From Deferrisomatales bacterium (GTDB taxonomy: Bacteria > Desulfobacterota > Deferrisomatia > Deferrisomatales > JACRMM01), in contig JAWSUI010000041.1 in NCBI GenBank assembly GCA_033551855.1, forward strand, positions 1-35,455: a stretch of DNA of 35,455 nucleotides, written 5' to 3'. Both the position numbers and the translations under genes were made by a program. Shown piece after piece: positions 27,002 to 35,455 of this stretch. Below the pieces are notes generated by a model that was given only the letters and a program-made list of their open reading frames with translations, had not been told where the DNA came from and did not search any database. Positions within the stretch are counted from its first letter, which is position 1. Each line of letters begins with the position of its first letter.

Positions 27002-28036
27002 ATGGTGGTGATCGACGGCTCCGCCGGGGAAGGCGGGGGGCAGGTGCTGCGGACATCGCTGGCGCTCTCCCTGCTCACCGGCATGCCGTTTCGCATCGAG
27101 AACGTCCGTGCCGGCCGGAAGAACCCCGGACTTGCGGCCCAGCACCTGGCGTCCGTGCTGGCCGCCGTCGCCGTCGGGGGCGGCAGGGTCGTCGGAGCCG
27201 AGAAGGGGTCGACCTGCGTGACCTTCCGGCCGGGGCGGGTTTGCCCCGGCCACTATCGGTTCGCCGTCGGCACCGCGGGGGCCGCCTCGTTGGTTCTCCA
27301 GACGGTGGCCCTTCCCCTGGCCCTAGCCGGGGGTGCCTCGTCCATCGCCGTTTCCGGCGGTACCCACGTGCCTTGGAGCCCGAGCGCCCACTACCTGGAA
27401 CGACAGTGGGCGCCGGCGCTGGCGAGGCTCGGCGTGGTCGTCGGGGTCCGGCTGGTGCGGGTGGGGTTCTACCCGCGAGGCGGCGGGGAGATGGAGGCGC
27501 GGCTCCAGCCGACGGGGACCGTGTCCCCCCTCCGGGGGGTGGTGCGAGGAAAGCTGCTTCGGATCTCCGGGCTCTCCGCGGTAGCCGGACTGGATCCCGC
27601 CATCGCCGTTCGGCAGGCCCGCCGTGCCAGGGAACGGCTGGGGGAGATGGGGGTTCCCGCGGAGGTGGAGGTCGTCCGGTGGGAGGCGCCGTCACCGGGG
27701 ACCTTCCTCTTCCTGGAGGCCCACTGCGAAGGCGGCTGCTGGTGCGCGGGCAGCCTGGGGGAGCGGGGCAAGGCCGCCGAGGCGGTCGCGGACGAGGCTG
27801 CCGACGAGTTGGGAGAGCTCCTCCGGACCGGCGCCGACGTCGATCGCCACATGGCGGACCAACTGCTGCTGCCGCTTGCCTTGGCCCGCGGAGCATCGGA
27901 GCTCAGCACGGCACGGGTCACGCGACACCTCACGACCAACGCCGAGGTGATCCGACGGTTCCTGCCCCGTGTCCGGATCGAGGTGGAAGGTCCCGAGGGC
28001 AGCCCGGGAAGGGTGCGGGTGGACCCGGGGGGCTGA
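27002..28036 (+). CDS. rtcA: RNA 3'-terminal phosphate cyclase
   Basis: IDGSAGEGGGQVLRTSLALS, RKNPGLAAQHL, GGTHV, GFYPRGGG, HMADQLLL, HLTTN. Confidence 0.95.
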   Translation: MVVIDGSAGEGGGQVLRTSLALSLLTGMPFRIENVRAGRKNPGLAAQHLASVLAAVAVGGGRVVGAEKGSTCVTFRPGRVCPGHYRFAVGTAGAASLVLQTVALPLALAGGASSIAVSGGTHVPWSPSAHYLERQWAPALARLGVVVGVRLVRVGFYPRGGGEMEARLQPTGTVSPLRGVVRGKLLRISGLSAVAGLDPAIAVRQARRARERLGEMGVPAEVEVVRWEAPSPGTFLFLEAHCEGGCWCAGSLGERGKAAEAVADEAADELGELLRTGADVDRHMADQLLLPLALARGASELSTARVTRHLTTNAEVIRRFLPRVRIEVEGPEGSPGRVRVDPGG

Positions 28037-28057
28037 AGCGCGCAGGGGCGAGAGGCG

Positions 28058-28777
28058 ATGATGAAGATCTGGGGCTTCCTTCTGCTCACCCTGGTTGCGG
28101 CCCCGGCGGGCGCGGAGGAGCTCGCGCGAGCCCGGGAACGGATGCTGGCCGAGATCCGGGCAGACGTGGAGGCGACGAGCCGCCACATCGGGAAGGGGGC
28201 GCTGGACCCCCGGGTCCTGGACGTCTTGGGCCAGGTGCCGCGCCACGAGTTCGTTCCCGACCGCCTAAGGGGACGGGCTTACGAGAACCGGCCCCTTCCC
28301 ATCGGGCACGGGCAGACCATCTCCCAGCCCTACATCGTCGCTCTGATGACCGACCTCGCCGCGGTCTCCCCCGGGGACTCGGTCCTCGAGCTGGGAACCG
28401 GCTCAGGCTATCAGGCCGCGGTCCTGGCGGCCCTGGGGGCACGCGTCTACACGGTGGAGATCGTGCCTCCGCTGGGAGAGGAGGCGAGGCAGCGGCTCGA
28501 GCGCCTCGGATATACCGGCGTGACCGTCCGGGTGGGGGACGGGTACTACGGTTGGGAGGAGCATGCACCCTTCGATGCCATCCTCGTCACCGCAGCGGCG
28601 AGCCACATCCCGCCGCCCCTGGTGCGCCAGCTCAAGCCGGGCGGACGCATGGTGATCCCGGTGGGCAGTCCCTTCCAGACACAGCAACTCACCCTCGTGG
28701 AGAAGTCTCCCGGGGGGACGGTCACGACCCGCCAGTTCCTCCCGGTGCGCTTCGTTCCCCTGACCGGCGGGCACTGA
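28058..28777 (+). CDS. pcm: Protein-L-isoaspartate O-methyltransferase with an N-terminal signal peptide
   Basis: VPRHEFV, LPIGHGQTISQP, VLELGTGSGYQAA, APFDAILVTAA, VRFVPL; N-terminus MMKIWGFLLLTLVAAPAGA. Confidence 0.92.
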   Translation: MMKIWGFLLLTLVAAPAGAEELARARERMLAEIRADVEATSRHIGKGALDPRVLDVLGQVPRHEFVPDRLRGRAYENRPLPIGHGQTISQPYIVALMTDLAAVSPGDSVLELGTGSGYQAAVLAALGARVYTVEIVPPLGEEARQRLERLGYTGVTVRVGDGYYGWEEHAPFDAILVTAAASHIPPPLVRQLKPGGRMVIPVGSPFQTQQLTLVEKSPGGTVTTRQFLPVRFVPLTGGH

Positions 28778-28786
28778 ACCGGTCCG

Positions 28787-31195
28787 ATGTTCCTTCTCGC
28801 CGTCTCCGTGCTCTCGGCGAGCGCCCTGGCATATCAGGTTCTCCTCATGCGCCTGCTCTCGGTGGTGCTCTGGCACCACTTCGCAGCCATGGTGATCAGC
28901 TTGGCCCTGCTGGGGTACGGGATCAGTGGAACCGCCCTGACTCTGACCCAGGACCGGCTTCGCGGGCGGATCTCCCACGCGTACCCTCTGGGCTGCGGAC
29001 TCTTCGGAGTGCTTGCCCCGGGGGCGTTTGCCGTTGCCCAACGGGTGCCGTTCCACCCCCAGGAGGCGGTCTGGGACCCCTGGCAGTGGGCGGCCTTCGG
29101 GGCCATGTACCTCCTCCTGGCGGTCCCCTTCGTCCTGGTCGGGGGCTGCCTGGGCCTCGCCTTCCGGGAGCTCCGGGACCGGATCCCGAGTCTGTACCGG
29201 GCAGATCTGGTGGGGGCGGGTGCGGGGGCCCTGGGGGTCCTCGGCCTGCTCTTCCTCTTGCCGCCCGCCGAGTGCCTGCGGGTGGTGGGGGCCGGGGGGT
29301 TCGTCGCTGCCGCCCTGGGGGCCGCCGGCTTGGGCAGACGGTCCGCCCGCGGAGCCGTTCCCTTGGGGGTCGCCGCCCTTGGGGCAGTGGTTTCCCTGGG
29401 GTGGCCGGCCTCCTGGCTGGAACCCCGCCCCTCGGAGTTCAAGGCCCTGAGCCAGGCGCTGCGAACGGCGGGGGCCGCGGTGACGGCGGAGGCCTGGAGT
29501 CCGCTGGGTCACCTGGCGGCGGTGGAGTCCCCCGAGGTCCCCTTCCGTCACGCGCCCGGGTTGAGCCTGGGGTGCCCCTGGGACCTGCCCCCCCAGGTGG
29601 CCCTGTTCTCCGATGGGGGGTTCTCCGGCACCGTGGACCGGGGAGACGGGGACCCCCGTTACCGGGACTGCCTTCCCACGGGGCTCCCGTATCGACTGGC
29701 CGAGAGGCGCACGGTGCTCGTGCTCGGCTCCGGTGGCGGGCTGGAGGTGCAGGCGGCGCTGGCGCAAGGGGCACAGAACGTTGACGCCGTGGAGCTCGAT
29801 CGGCGGCTGCTGGGCCTGTTGGACGGGCCCCTGCGGCCCCACGCAGGGCCCGTGTACGACGCCCCGGGAGTCGCCGTCCACGCGGCGGACGCCCGCGCCT
29901 TCGTGGCCCGGGCGCACCGGCGCTACGACCTGATCCAGATCTCCCTGCTGGATGCCCTGGGCGCCTCTCTGGCGGGCACACAGGCGGCGTCGGAGAGCTA
30001 CCTCTACACCGTGGAGGCCTTCGGCTCCCTCCTGGACCGCCTGGAGCCGGGGGGGGTCGTCTCCGTCACCCGGTGGCTGGAGTTGCCGCCCCGCGGCGCG
30101 CTCAAGCTCTTTGCAACCGCCGTGGAGGCCTTGGAACGCCGCGGCGTGGCCTCCCCGGGAGAGCGGCTGGCCTTGGTGAGGACCTGGAGCACGGCCACCC
30201 TGCTCTTGCGAGAGGGTCCCTTCCCCCCCGAGGAGCTCCGACGGCTCCGGGAGGCCTGCGGGGCCCTGGGGTACGACCTGGAGTGGCTCCCCGGGCTCTC
30301 GGCCGAGGAGGTCAACCGTCACAACGTCCTCGACCGGCCCTGGCTCCACGAAGGGGCTCTGGCGATCCTCGGGCCGGGCAGGAAGGCCTTCTACCGGGAC
30401 TACAAGTTCTTCGTGGAGCCCGCCACCGACGACCGGCCCTACTTCTTCCGCAGTTTCAAATGGGGCTCCCTGCCGGAGCTGCTCGCCGCCCGCGGCCGAG
30501 GGGGCGCGGCACTGGTGGAGTGGGCTTCCCTCTTCGCACCCGCGACCCTGCTGCAAGCCCTCCTGGCGGGGGGCGCCTTGATCCTCCTGCCCCTTCGGGT
30601 GCTGCGGAGGGCTCCGCGGGGAGGCACGGGCCCCCGGGTCGTGGTCTACTTCGCGTCGCTGGGGTTGGGTTTCCTGCTGATCGAGATCAGCCTGATCCAG
30701 CGCCTCACCCTGCTTCTGGGTCACCCCGTCTATGCGGCCGCGGCGACCCTGGCCGCCTTCCTGGCGTTCGCGGGGCTGGGCAGTCAAGCGTCGGCACGGT
30801 GGGCCCGGTCGCGCTCGCGGGCCCATGCCCTTGGAGGGGCGATCCTCGCGGTGGTGGCGCTGACGCTGACGTACCAGGCGGCCGTGCCGTGGCTCTTCAC
30901 GCACCTGGCGGGGCTCCCCCTGGCGGCACGGGCCGCTGTGGCGGCGGGCTGCATCGCCCCCCTGGCCTTCTTCCTCGGGATGCCCTTTCCCTTGGGGCTC
31001 CAGGCCGTCGCGGCCCGGTTCCCGGAGGCTGTGCCGTGGGTGTGGGGCATCAACGGGTTTGCCTCGGTGGTCAGCGCCGCCCTGGCGGCGGTGCTGGGGG
31101 TCCACGTGGGGCTCAGCGGCGTGGCCGTCATCGCCGCCCTCCTGTATCTTGTGGCGGGCTGGGCAGGCCGGGGGTGGAGAGAGGATGCGCCGTGA
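28787..31195 (+). CDS. Polytopic membrane protein with a central spermidine-synthase-like SAM-binding domain
   Basis: About 7 TM, then VLVLGSGGG..DAVELD..DARAFV..YDLIQISL..YLYTVEAF..TDDRPYF, then about 7 TM. Confidence 0.85.
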   Translation: MFLLAVSVLSASALAYQVLLMRLLSVVLWHHFAAMVISLALLGYGISGTALTLTQDRLRGRISHAYPLGCGLFGVLAPGAFAVAQRVPFHPQEAVWDPWQWAAFGAMYLLLAVPFVLVGGCLGLAFRELRDRIPSLYRADLVGAGAGALGVLGLLFLLPPAECLRVVGAGGFVAAALGAAGLGRRSARGAVPLGVAALGAVVSLGWPASWLEPRPSEFKALSQALRTAGAAVTAEAWSPLGHLAAVESPEVPFRHAPGLSLGCPWDLPPQVALFSDGGFSGTVDRGDGDPRYRDCLPTGLPYRLAERRTVLVLGSGGGLEVQAALAQGAQNVDAVELDRRLLGLLDGPLRPHAGPVYDAPGVAVHAADARAFVARAHRRYDLIQISLLDALGASLAGTQAASESYLYTVEAFGSLLDRLEPGGVVSVTRWLELPPRGALKLFATAVEALERRGVASPGERLALVRTWSTATLLLREGPFPPEELRRLREACGALGYDLEWLPGLSAEEVNRHNVLDRPWLHEGALAILGPGRKAFYRDYKFFVEPATDDRPYFFRSFKWGSLPELLAARGRGGAALVEWASLFAPATLLQALLAGGALILLPLRVLRRAPRGGTGPRVVVYFASLGLGFLLIEISLIQRLTLLLGHPVYAAAATLAAFLAFAGLGSQASARWARSRSRAHALGGAILAVVALTLTYQAAVPWLFTHLAGLPLAARAAVAAGCIAPLAFFLGMPFPLGLQAVAARFPEAVPWVWGINGFASVVSAALAAVLGVHVGLSGVAVIAALLYLVAGWAGRGWREDAP

Positions 31196-32142
31196 CGCCA
31201 ACGAGGAGCGGGGACCGACGCCCCAGGGTCGGGTTGGCCCTCGGGGGGGGAGCCGCCCGGGGGTGGGGGCACATCGGCGTGCTGCGGGAGCTCGAACGCC
31301 TGGGAGTGCCGATCGATGTCGTCTGCGGCACCTCCGCCGGGGCCCTGGTCGGGGCGATCTACCTCTGCGGCGGGCTCGACTGGTTCGAGCGGTGGCTCCG
31401 GGGGCTGAGCCGGCGAGAGATCCTGCGCTATCTCGACGTATCTCTGCCGACGGGGGGCGGGCTGCTGGAAGGCAAACGCCTCATGGACTTTCTGCGAGAA
31501 AACCTGGGGGATCCGGAGATCGGGAACTTGGGACGCCCCTTCGCCGCCGTGGTCACCGATCTGGGGACGGGTCACGAGCTGTGGTTGCGCGACGGTCCTG
31601 TCTTCGGCGCGGTCCGCGCCTCCATGGCCGTTCCCGGCCTCTTCACGCCGGTTGCCCTCGACGGTCGGTGGCTGGTGGACGGCGGCCTCGTGAACCCCGT
31701 TCCGGTGTCCGCCTGCCGAGCCCTCGGGGCGGAAGCCGTGATCGCGGTCCATCTCAACGGAGACCGGGGAGGTAGGCGCAGCGGCGCGGGGGCGCTCAGC
31801 AGGAGGCGGTCGCCCGAGGACGACGAGGAGACCTTCCTCGAGCGGCTGGTTATCGAGGCACGCGCCCGGGCTTCCCATCTGGCGTCCGTCCTGCTCGGGG
31901 GGGCGGATGCGCCGGGGCTCCTGGACGTAGTGACGGGAGCGGTCACCATCATGCAGGAGCGCATCACCCGAAGCCGGATGGGCGGTGACCCCCCGGACGT
32001 CCTCCTGGAGCCCCGCCTCGGAGGCATCGGGCCCCTGGAGTTCGATCGGGCCCAGGAGGCGATCGAGGAGGGACGGCGCTGCACCGAAGCGGCGGGAGCG
32101 GCGATCCGGGAGCTTGCCGGTCTGGGGGAGGCTCGAGGGTGA
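31192..32142 (+). CDS. Patatin-like phospholipase (RssA/YchK-like)
   Basis: LALGGGAARGWGHIGV, GTSAG, DGGLVNPVP; GTGA-coupled start. Confidence 0.9.
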   Translation: MTPTRSGDRRPRVGLALGGGAARGWGHIGVLRELERLGVPIDVVCGTSAGALVGAIYLCGGLDWFERWLRGLSRREILRYLDVSLPTGGGLLEGKRLMDFLRENLGDPEIGNLGRPFAAVVTDLGTGHELWLRDGPVFGAVRASMAVPGLFTPVALDGRWLVDGGLVNPVPVSACRALGAEAVIAVHLNGDRGGRRSGAGALSRRRSPEDDEETFLERLVIEARARASHLASVLLGGADAPGLLDVVTGAVTIMQERITRSRMGGDPPDVLLEPRLGGIGPLEFDRAQEAIEEGRRCTEAAGAAIRELAGLGEARG

Positions 32143-33164
32143 AGGGCAGGGTGACGAGGGAGGACGGAGCCGGGGAAGCCCTCGGGGTCCCCTACGCGGG
32201 GCTCACGCCCGAGAGGGTCCTGGACGCCGTCGAGGGTGCCGGGTATCGCTGCGACGGCCGCCTGCTCGCCCTCAACAGCTACGAAAACCGCGTGTACCAG
32301 GTGGGCTTGGAGGACGGGGAGCCGCTCGTGGCCAAGTTCTACCGGCCTGGCCGCTGGTCCGACGAGGCGATCCGGGAGGAGCACGCCTTCTCGGAGGAGT
32401 TGGCCGAGGAGGAGATTCCCGCGGTGCCCCCCCTCGGGGACAGGACCGGCGAGACCCTCCACGCCTTCGAGGGGTTCCGGTTCGCGCTCTACCCCCGCAG
32501 ACCGGGGCGCTCCCCGGAGCTCGAGGATGCGGAAACCCTGCGGTGGCTGGGGCGGTTCCTCGGGCGGCTCCACGCCGTGGGCGCGCGCCGGCCCTTCCGG
32601 AAGAGGCCGGCCCTCGACCCCGAAACCTTCGGGGACGAGCCCCTGCGGTATCTACTCGGCAGCCGGCTCCTCCCCGGGTATCTGGCGGAGTCCTACCGCG
32701 CCGTCGCCCTGGCGGTGATGGCGGGCGTGCGCCGCTGCTACGAGAGGGCCGGTCCCGTGGTGGTCATCCGCCTGCACGGCGATTGCCACGCCGGAAATGT
32801 GCTCTGGACCCGCGAGGGTCCGCACTTCGTCGATTTCGACGACAGCCGAAACGGCCCGGCGGTGCAGGACCTGTGGATGCTCCTCTCCGGGGACGGCCCG
32901 GCCTTGGCGGAGCAGCTCGGGTGGGTTCTCGAGGGGTACGGTGTGTTCCGCGACTTCGACCCGCGGGAGCTGCACCTGATCGAGGCGCTGAGGGCCCTCC
33001 GGATGATGCACCACAGTGCCTGGTTGGCCCGTCGGTGGGACGACCCGGCCTTTCCCGCTGCGTTTCCCTGGTTCGGGGAGCCCCGGTACTGGGAGGGCCA
33101 GATCCTGGCCCTGCGGGAGCAGGCGGCCCTGCTCGACGAGCCCCCCGTCCGGGTCGATCCCTGA
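32139..33164 (+). CDS. srkA: Stress response Ser/Thr kinase SrkA/RdoA (YihE)
   Basis: LNSYENRVYQ, VAKFYRPGRW, RLHGDCHAGN, VDFDD, GPAVQDLW, ARRWDDPAFP. Confidence 0.93.
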   Translation: MKGRVTREDGAGEALGVPYAGLTPERVLDAVEGAGYRCDGRLLALNSYENRVYQVGLEDGEPLVAKFYRPGRWSDEAIREEHAFSEELAEEEIPAVPPLGDRTGETLHAFEGFRFALYPRRPGRSPELEDAETLRWLGRFLGRLHAVGARRPFRKRPALDPETFGDEPLRYLLGSRLLPGYLAESYRAVALAVMAGVRRCYERAGPVVVIRLHGDCHAGNVLWTREGPHFVDFDDSRNGPAVQDLWMLLSGDGPALAEQLGWVLEGYGVFRDFDPRELHLIEALRALRMMHHSAWLARRWDDPAFPAAFPWFGEPRYWEGQILALREQAALLDEPPVRVDP

Positions 33165-33170
33165 ACCCCG

Positions 33171-33250
33171 CCGGGGGAGAACACCCGCCGTGCAGTCCGG
33201 CCTCGTCTGCCGGAGTGGGCGGGCCCACCCGGTCGTTTACCGGAAGAACC
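33171..33250 (-). mobile_element. MITE family B, truncated copy (left ~80 bp)
   Basis: Reverse complement of the first ~80 nt of 7213-7421. Confidence 0.8.
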
Positions 33251-33264
33251 CGAATTCCGCGAGG

Positions 33265-33472
33265 GCAAGATCCACTACCAGATCTTCGGAGGGAGCCGGG
33301 GAGCCTCGGAGCGCAGCCCCGTACCGCCTCGACCCACCCGCCGAGGCCGTCGCAAACGGGTGAGGCCCGGCGCACCAGGGCCTGCGGGGACACCCCTGCG
33401 CATGGCCGCGGATTGCGGGGCGGAGCGGAGGGGTTCCCCGGCTCCGAGCACGATTCAGGCGGTGGATCCCGG
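33265..33472 (+). mobile_element. MITE family A, copy 4
   Basis: TIRs gcaagatccactacc / ggcggtggatcccgg; TSD GAGG(G). Confidence 0.85.
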
Positions 33473-33592
33473 GAGGGCGCCCCGCCTTGACTCCCGGGTA
33501 CCTTCTGATAAGCAGGAAGACAACCCCTTTCCACCCCGATGGGGTCCTGAACCCGAGCCGGCCGGCATGCCCGCCGGAGGAAGGATGCGAAG

Positions 33593-34000
33593 ATGAGCGT
33601 CGGACAAAAAGCCCTGGGAATCCTCGTCGCCGTCCTCCTCTTGGGGCTCGGTTCCGCCGCTCCGTGCCTGGGGGATGCGCCGCGCATGGGCAAGGAAGAG
33701 CTTCGAGCCCTTCTGGGGAGCTCCGGCGTGGTGGTCGTGGACGTCCGGACGGGGGGGGACTGGAGGCGGAGCGACGAGAAGATCGCCGGCGCCGTGCGGG
33801 AGGACCCCGGGGCCGTGCGCTCCTGGGCCGAGAAGTACGGTAAGGAGACGACCCTCGTCCTCTACTGCGCCTGACCCGACGAGGCCACGAGCGCCCGTGC
33901 GGTGCGCCATCTGCAGGAGCTGGGGTACGAAAAGGCCTACGCGTTGAAGGGAGGCTGGGCCGCCTGGAAGGAGGCGGGCTTCCCCGTGGAGAAGAAATAG
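33593..34000 (+). CDS. Rhodanese-related selenoprotein (in-frame TGA at 33872-33874 read as Sec), with signal peptide
   Basis: VVDVR...TLVLYCA-TGA-PDEATSARAVRHLQELGYEKAYALKGGWAAWKEAGFPVEKK-TAG completes a rhodanese fold; SECIS-like hairpin follows the TGA. Confidence 0.88.
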
Positions 34001-34210
34001 GGTTCTTCCGGTAACCGACCGGGTGGGCCCGCCCCCCTTCGGCGGACAGTGCCGGACTGTACGGGAGGTGGGCGCCCGCGCCGCATCCGGAATCCTCGCG
34101 GCATCGCGGCTCCCGAAGTGGCTGCTCCCGTCGAGCGGCTGTCCGCCTGCGTGGCCGGGCCCACCCGGTCGTCCCTGGACACGAGTACCCGGTCATTTCC
34201 CGGATGAACC
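34001..34210 (+). mobile_element. MITE family B, copy 3
   Basis: TIRs GGTTCTTCCGG.. / ..CCGGATGAACC; perfect 8-bp TSD AGAAATAG (33993-34000, 34211-34218). Confidence 0.9.
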
Positions 34211-34218
34211 AGAAATAG

Positions 34219-34271
34219 GGTTTCACCCGGCCGTCTTCGAGCAGGGCAACCCGTCGTTCACCGGATGAGAC
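34219..34271 (+). mobile_element. Internally deleted, degenerate family B remnant
   Basis: ggtttcacccgg ... acccgtcgttcaccggatgagac followed by agaaagga. Confidence 0.5.
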
Positions 34272-34289
34272 AGAAAGGAAGGAACTCGG

Positions 34290-35390
34290 TCAGGCGGCCT
34301 CGTCGCCGAACACCACACCGACGCTTCGGGCCGTCGCGACCTGCTCCCCCTTGGGGTCCACGAGCTTCAGACGCGCAACGGCCTCCTTCACCGACGCACG
34401 CACGATGCGTTCTCCCCGCACCGCGGGCATGGTTCCCCAGGCGCAATCGACGGCGGCCTGCAAGGCGGCGACGCCGAAACGGGTTCCGAGGATTCGGTCC
34501 AGGGGGGTAGGGGCCCCCCCTCGCTGGAGGTGGCCCAGCACCACGTAGCGGACCTCGAAGGGCAGGGCGCTTTCGAGCTCGTTGGCGACCACCGCGCCGA
34601 TGCCGCCCAGGCGCACCGGCTCGGCGCTTCCCTCGACCATCCGCTGGACCACGGTCTTCCCGTCCGGGGACTTGGCGCCCTCGGACACCACCACCAGCGA
34701 GGAGCGGCGTCCCCGTCGGGTCCTGCTCAGGATCCCCTCGCAAATCTGCCCATAGCGGAAAGGGATCTCGGGGATCAGGATGACGTCGCCCCCGCCGGCG
34801 ATCCCGGCCTCCAGGGCGATCCAGCCGGCGTTTCGCCCCATCACCTCCACCACCATGATCCGATGGTGGGACGCCGCGGTCGTGTGCAGGCGGTCCACGG
34901 CCTCGGTCGCCACGGCCCGGGCCGAGTCGAAGCCGAAGGTCACGTCGGTCTCGGAGAGGTCGTTGTCGATGGTCTTGGGCACCCCGACGACGGGCGCGCC
35001 CTTGCGAACAAGGCGGTCGGCGATCGAGAGGGTCCCGTCTCCCCCCAGGGTGATCAGGGCGTCGATCCGGTGCCTCTCGAGTGTCTCCAGAACCCGGTCC
35101 GAGCGGTCCTCGTGGAGGGTCCCCTCGGGGCCGGGAACCGGGACGCGAAACGGGTCGTCCCGGTTGGAGGCCCCCAGGATCGTGCCTCCCTGGTTCAGTA
35201 TGTTGGAGACGTCATCGAACCCCACTTCGCGACTTCGGTTCTCCAACAGTCCCGCGAAGCCGTCCAGGAAGCCGGTGACGCGGATGCCGTGGTCCAGCAC
35301 CGCGGACTTGACGATGGCGCGGATCACGGCGTTCAGGCCGGGGCAGTCTCCCCCTGCCGTCAGCACGCCCACGTGGCGGACCTTTGTCAC
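34290..35390 (-). CDS. pfkA: 6-phosphofructokinase (GGDG + PKTIDND type)
   Basis: GGDCPGLNAVIRA, GGTILG, GGDGT, PKTIDND, EVMGRNAGWIA, LGHLQRGG. Confidence 0.93.
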   Translation of the reverse strand: MTKVRHVGVLTAGGDCPGLNAVIRAIVKSAVLDHGIRVTGFLDGFAGLLENRSREVGFDDVSNILNQGGTILGASNRDDPFRVPVPGPEGTLHEDRSDRVLETLERHRIDALITLGGDGTLSIADRLVRKGAPVVGVPKTIDNDLSETDVTFGFDSARAVATEAVDRLHTTAASHHRIMVVEVMGRNAGWIALEAGIAGGGDVILIPEIPFRYGQICEGILSRTRRGRRSSLVVVSEGAKSPDGKTVVQRMVEGSAEPVRLGGIGAVVANELESALPFEVRYVVLGHLQRGGAPTPLDRILGTRFGVAALQAAVDCAWGTMPAVRGERIVRASVKEAVARLKLVDPKGEQVATARSVGVVFGDEAA

Positions 35391-35455
35391 GGTGCCTACT
35401 CCTAACGAGGCTCCGCCTCAGACCGTCGAGGCGTGGGTTTCAGAAACATAGAGGG

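Noticed and set aside
25606..29784. 1392-aa ORF and many other long ORFs (e.g. 10451-13114, 15332-17959, 28403-31201)
   Set aside because: R/G/P/A-rich or antisense shadows of well-supported genes, expected in high-GC DNA.
33171..34210. Composite transposon of family B copies carrying the selenoprotein gene
   Set aside because: The left copy lacks its outer end, and the right copy has its own TSD, showing independent insertion.

Overview
GC-rich window, probably from a Deferrisoma-like deltaproteobacterium (inferred from gene content). The left 1.9 kb is the decayed edge of an island next to tRNA-Asn, with an IS200 tnpA 3' end and a damaged IS3-family element. It is followed by an rpoS-like sigma factor, panE, a Mo/Se cofactor cluster (MocA-methyltransferase fusion, yqeC, PaaI thioesterase) and a 2.5-kb integrase-less islet at tRNA-Cys carrying a lipoprotein gene and MGE debris. 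The middle holds a MetF-MetV fusion, trmJ, sfsA, and a TAXI-TRAP/UspA operon with a sigma54 promoter and an adjacent sensor kinase/bEBP pair. The right part holds rtcB, a dienelactone hydrolase, a membrane/DUF1858 protein, an rtcA-pcm-membrane SAM protein-patatin-srkA operon, a rhodanese-like selenoprotein hidden by an in-frame TGA, and pfkA. Two ~208-bp MITE families with TIRs and target duplications (IS1380-like and ISL3-like ends) occupy many intergenic spaces. The best leads are the UGA-recoded selenoprotein, a signal-peptide-bearing PIMT coupled to a polytopic SAM-domain protein, the MocA-MTase/YqeC locus and the two MITE families. All calls are by eye; no searches were run.
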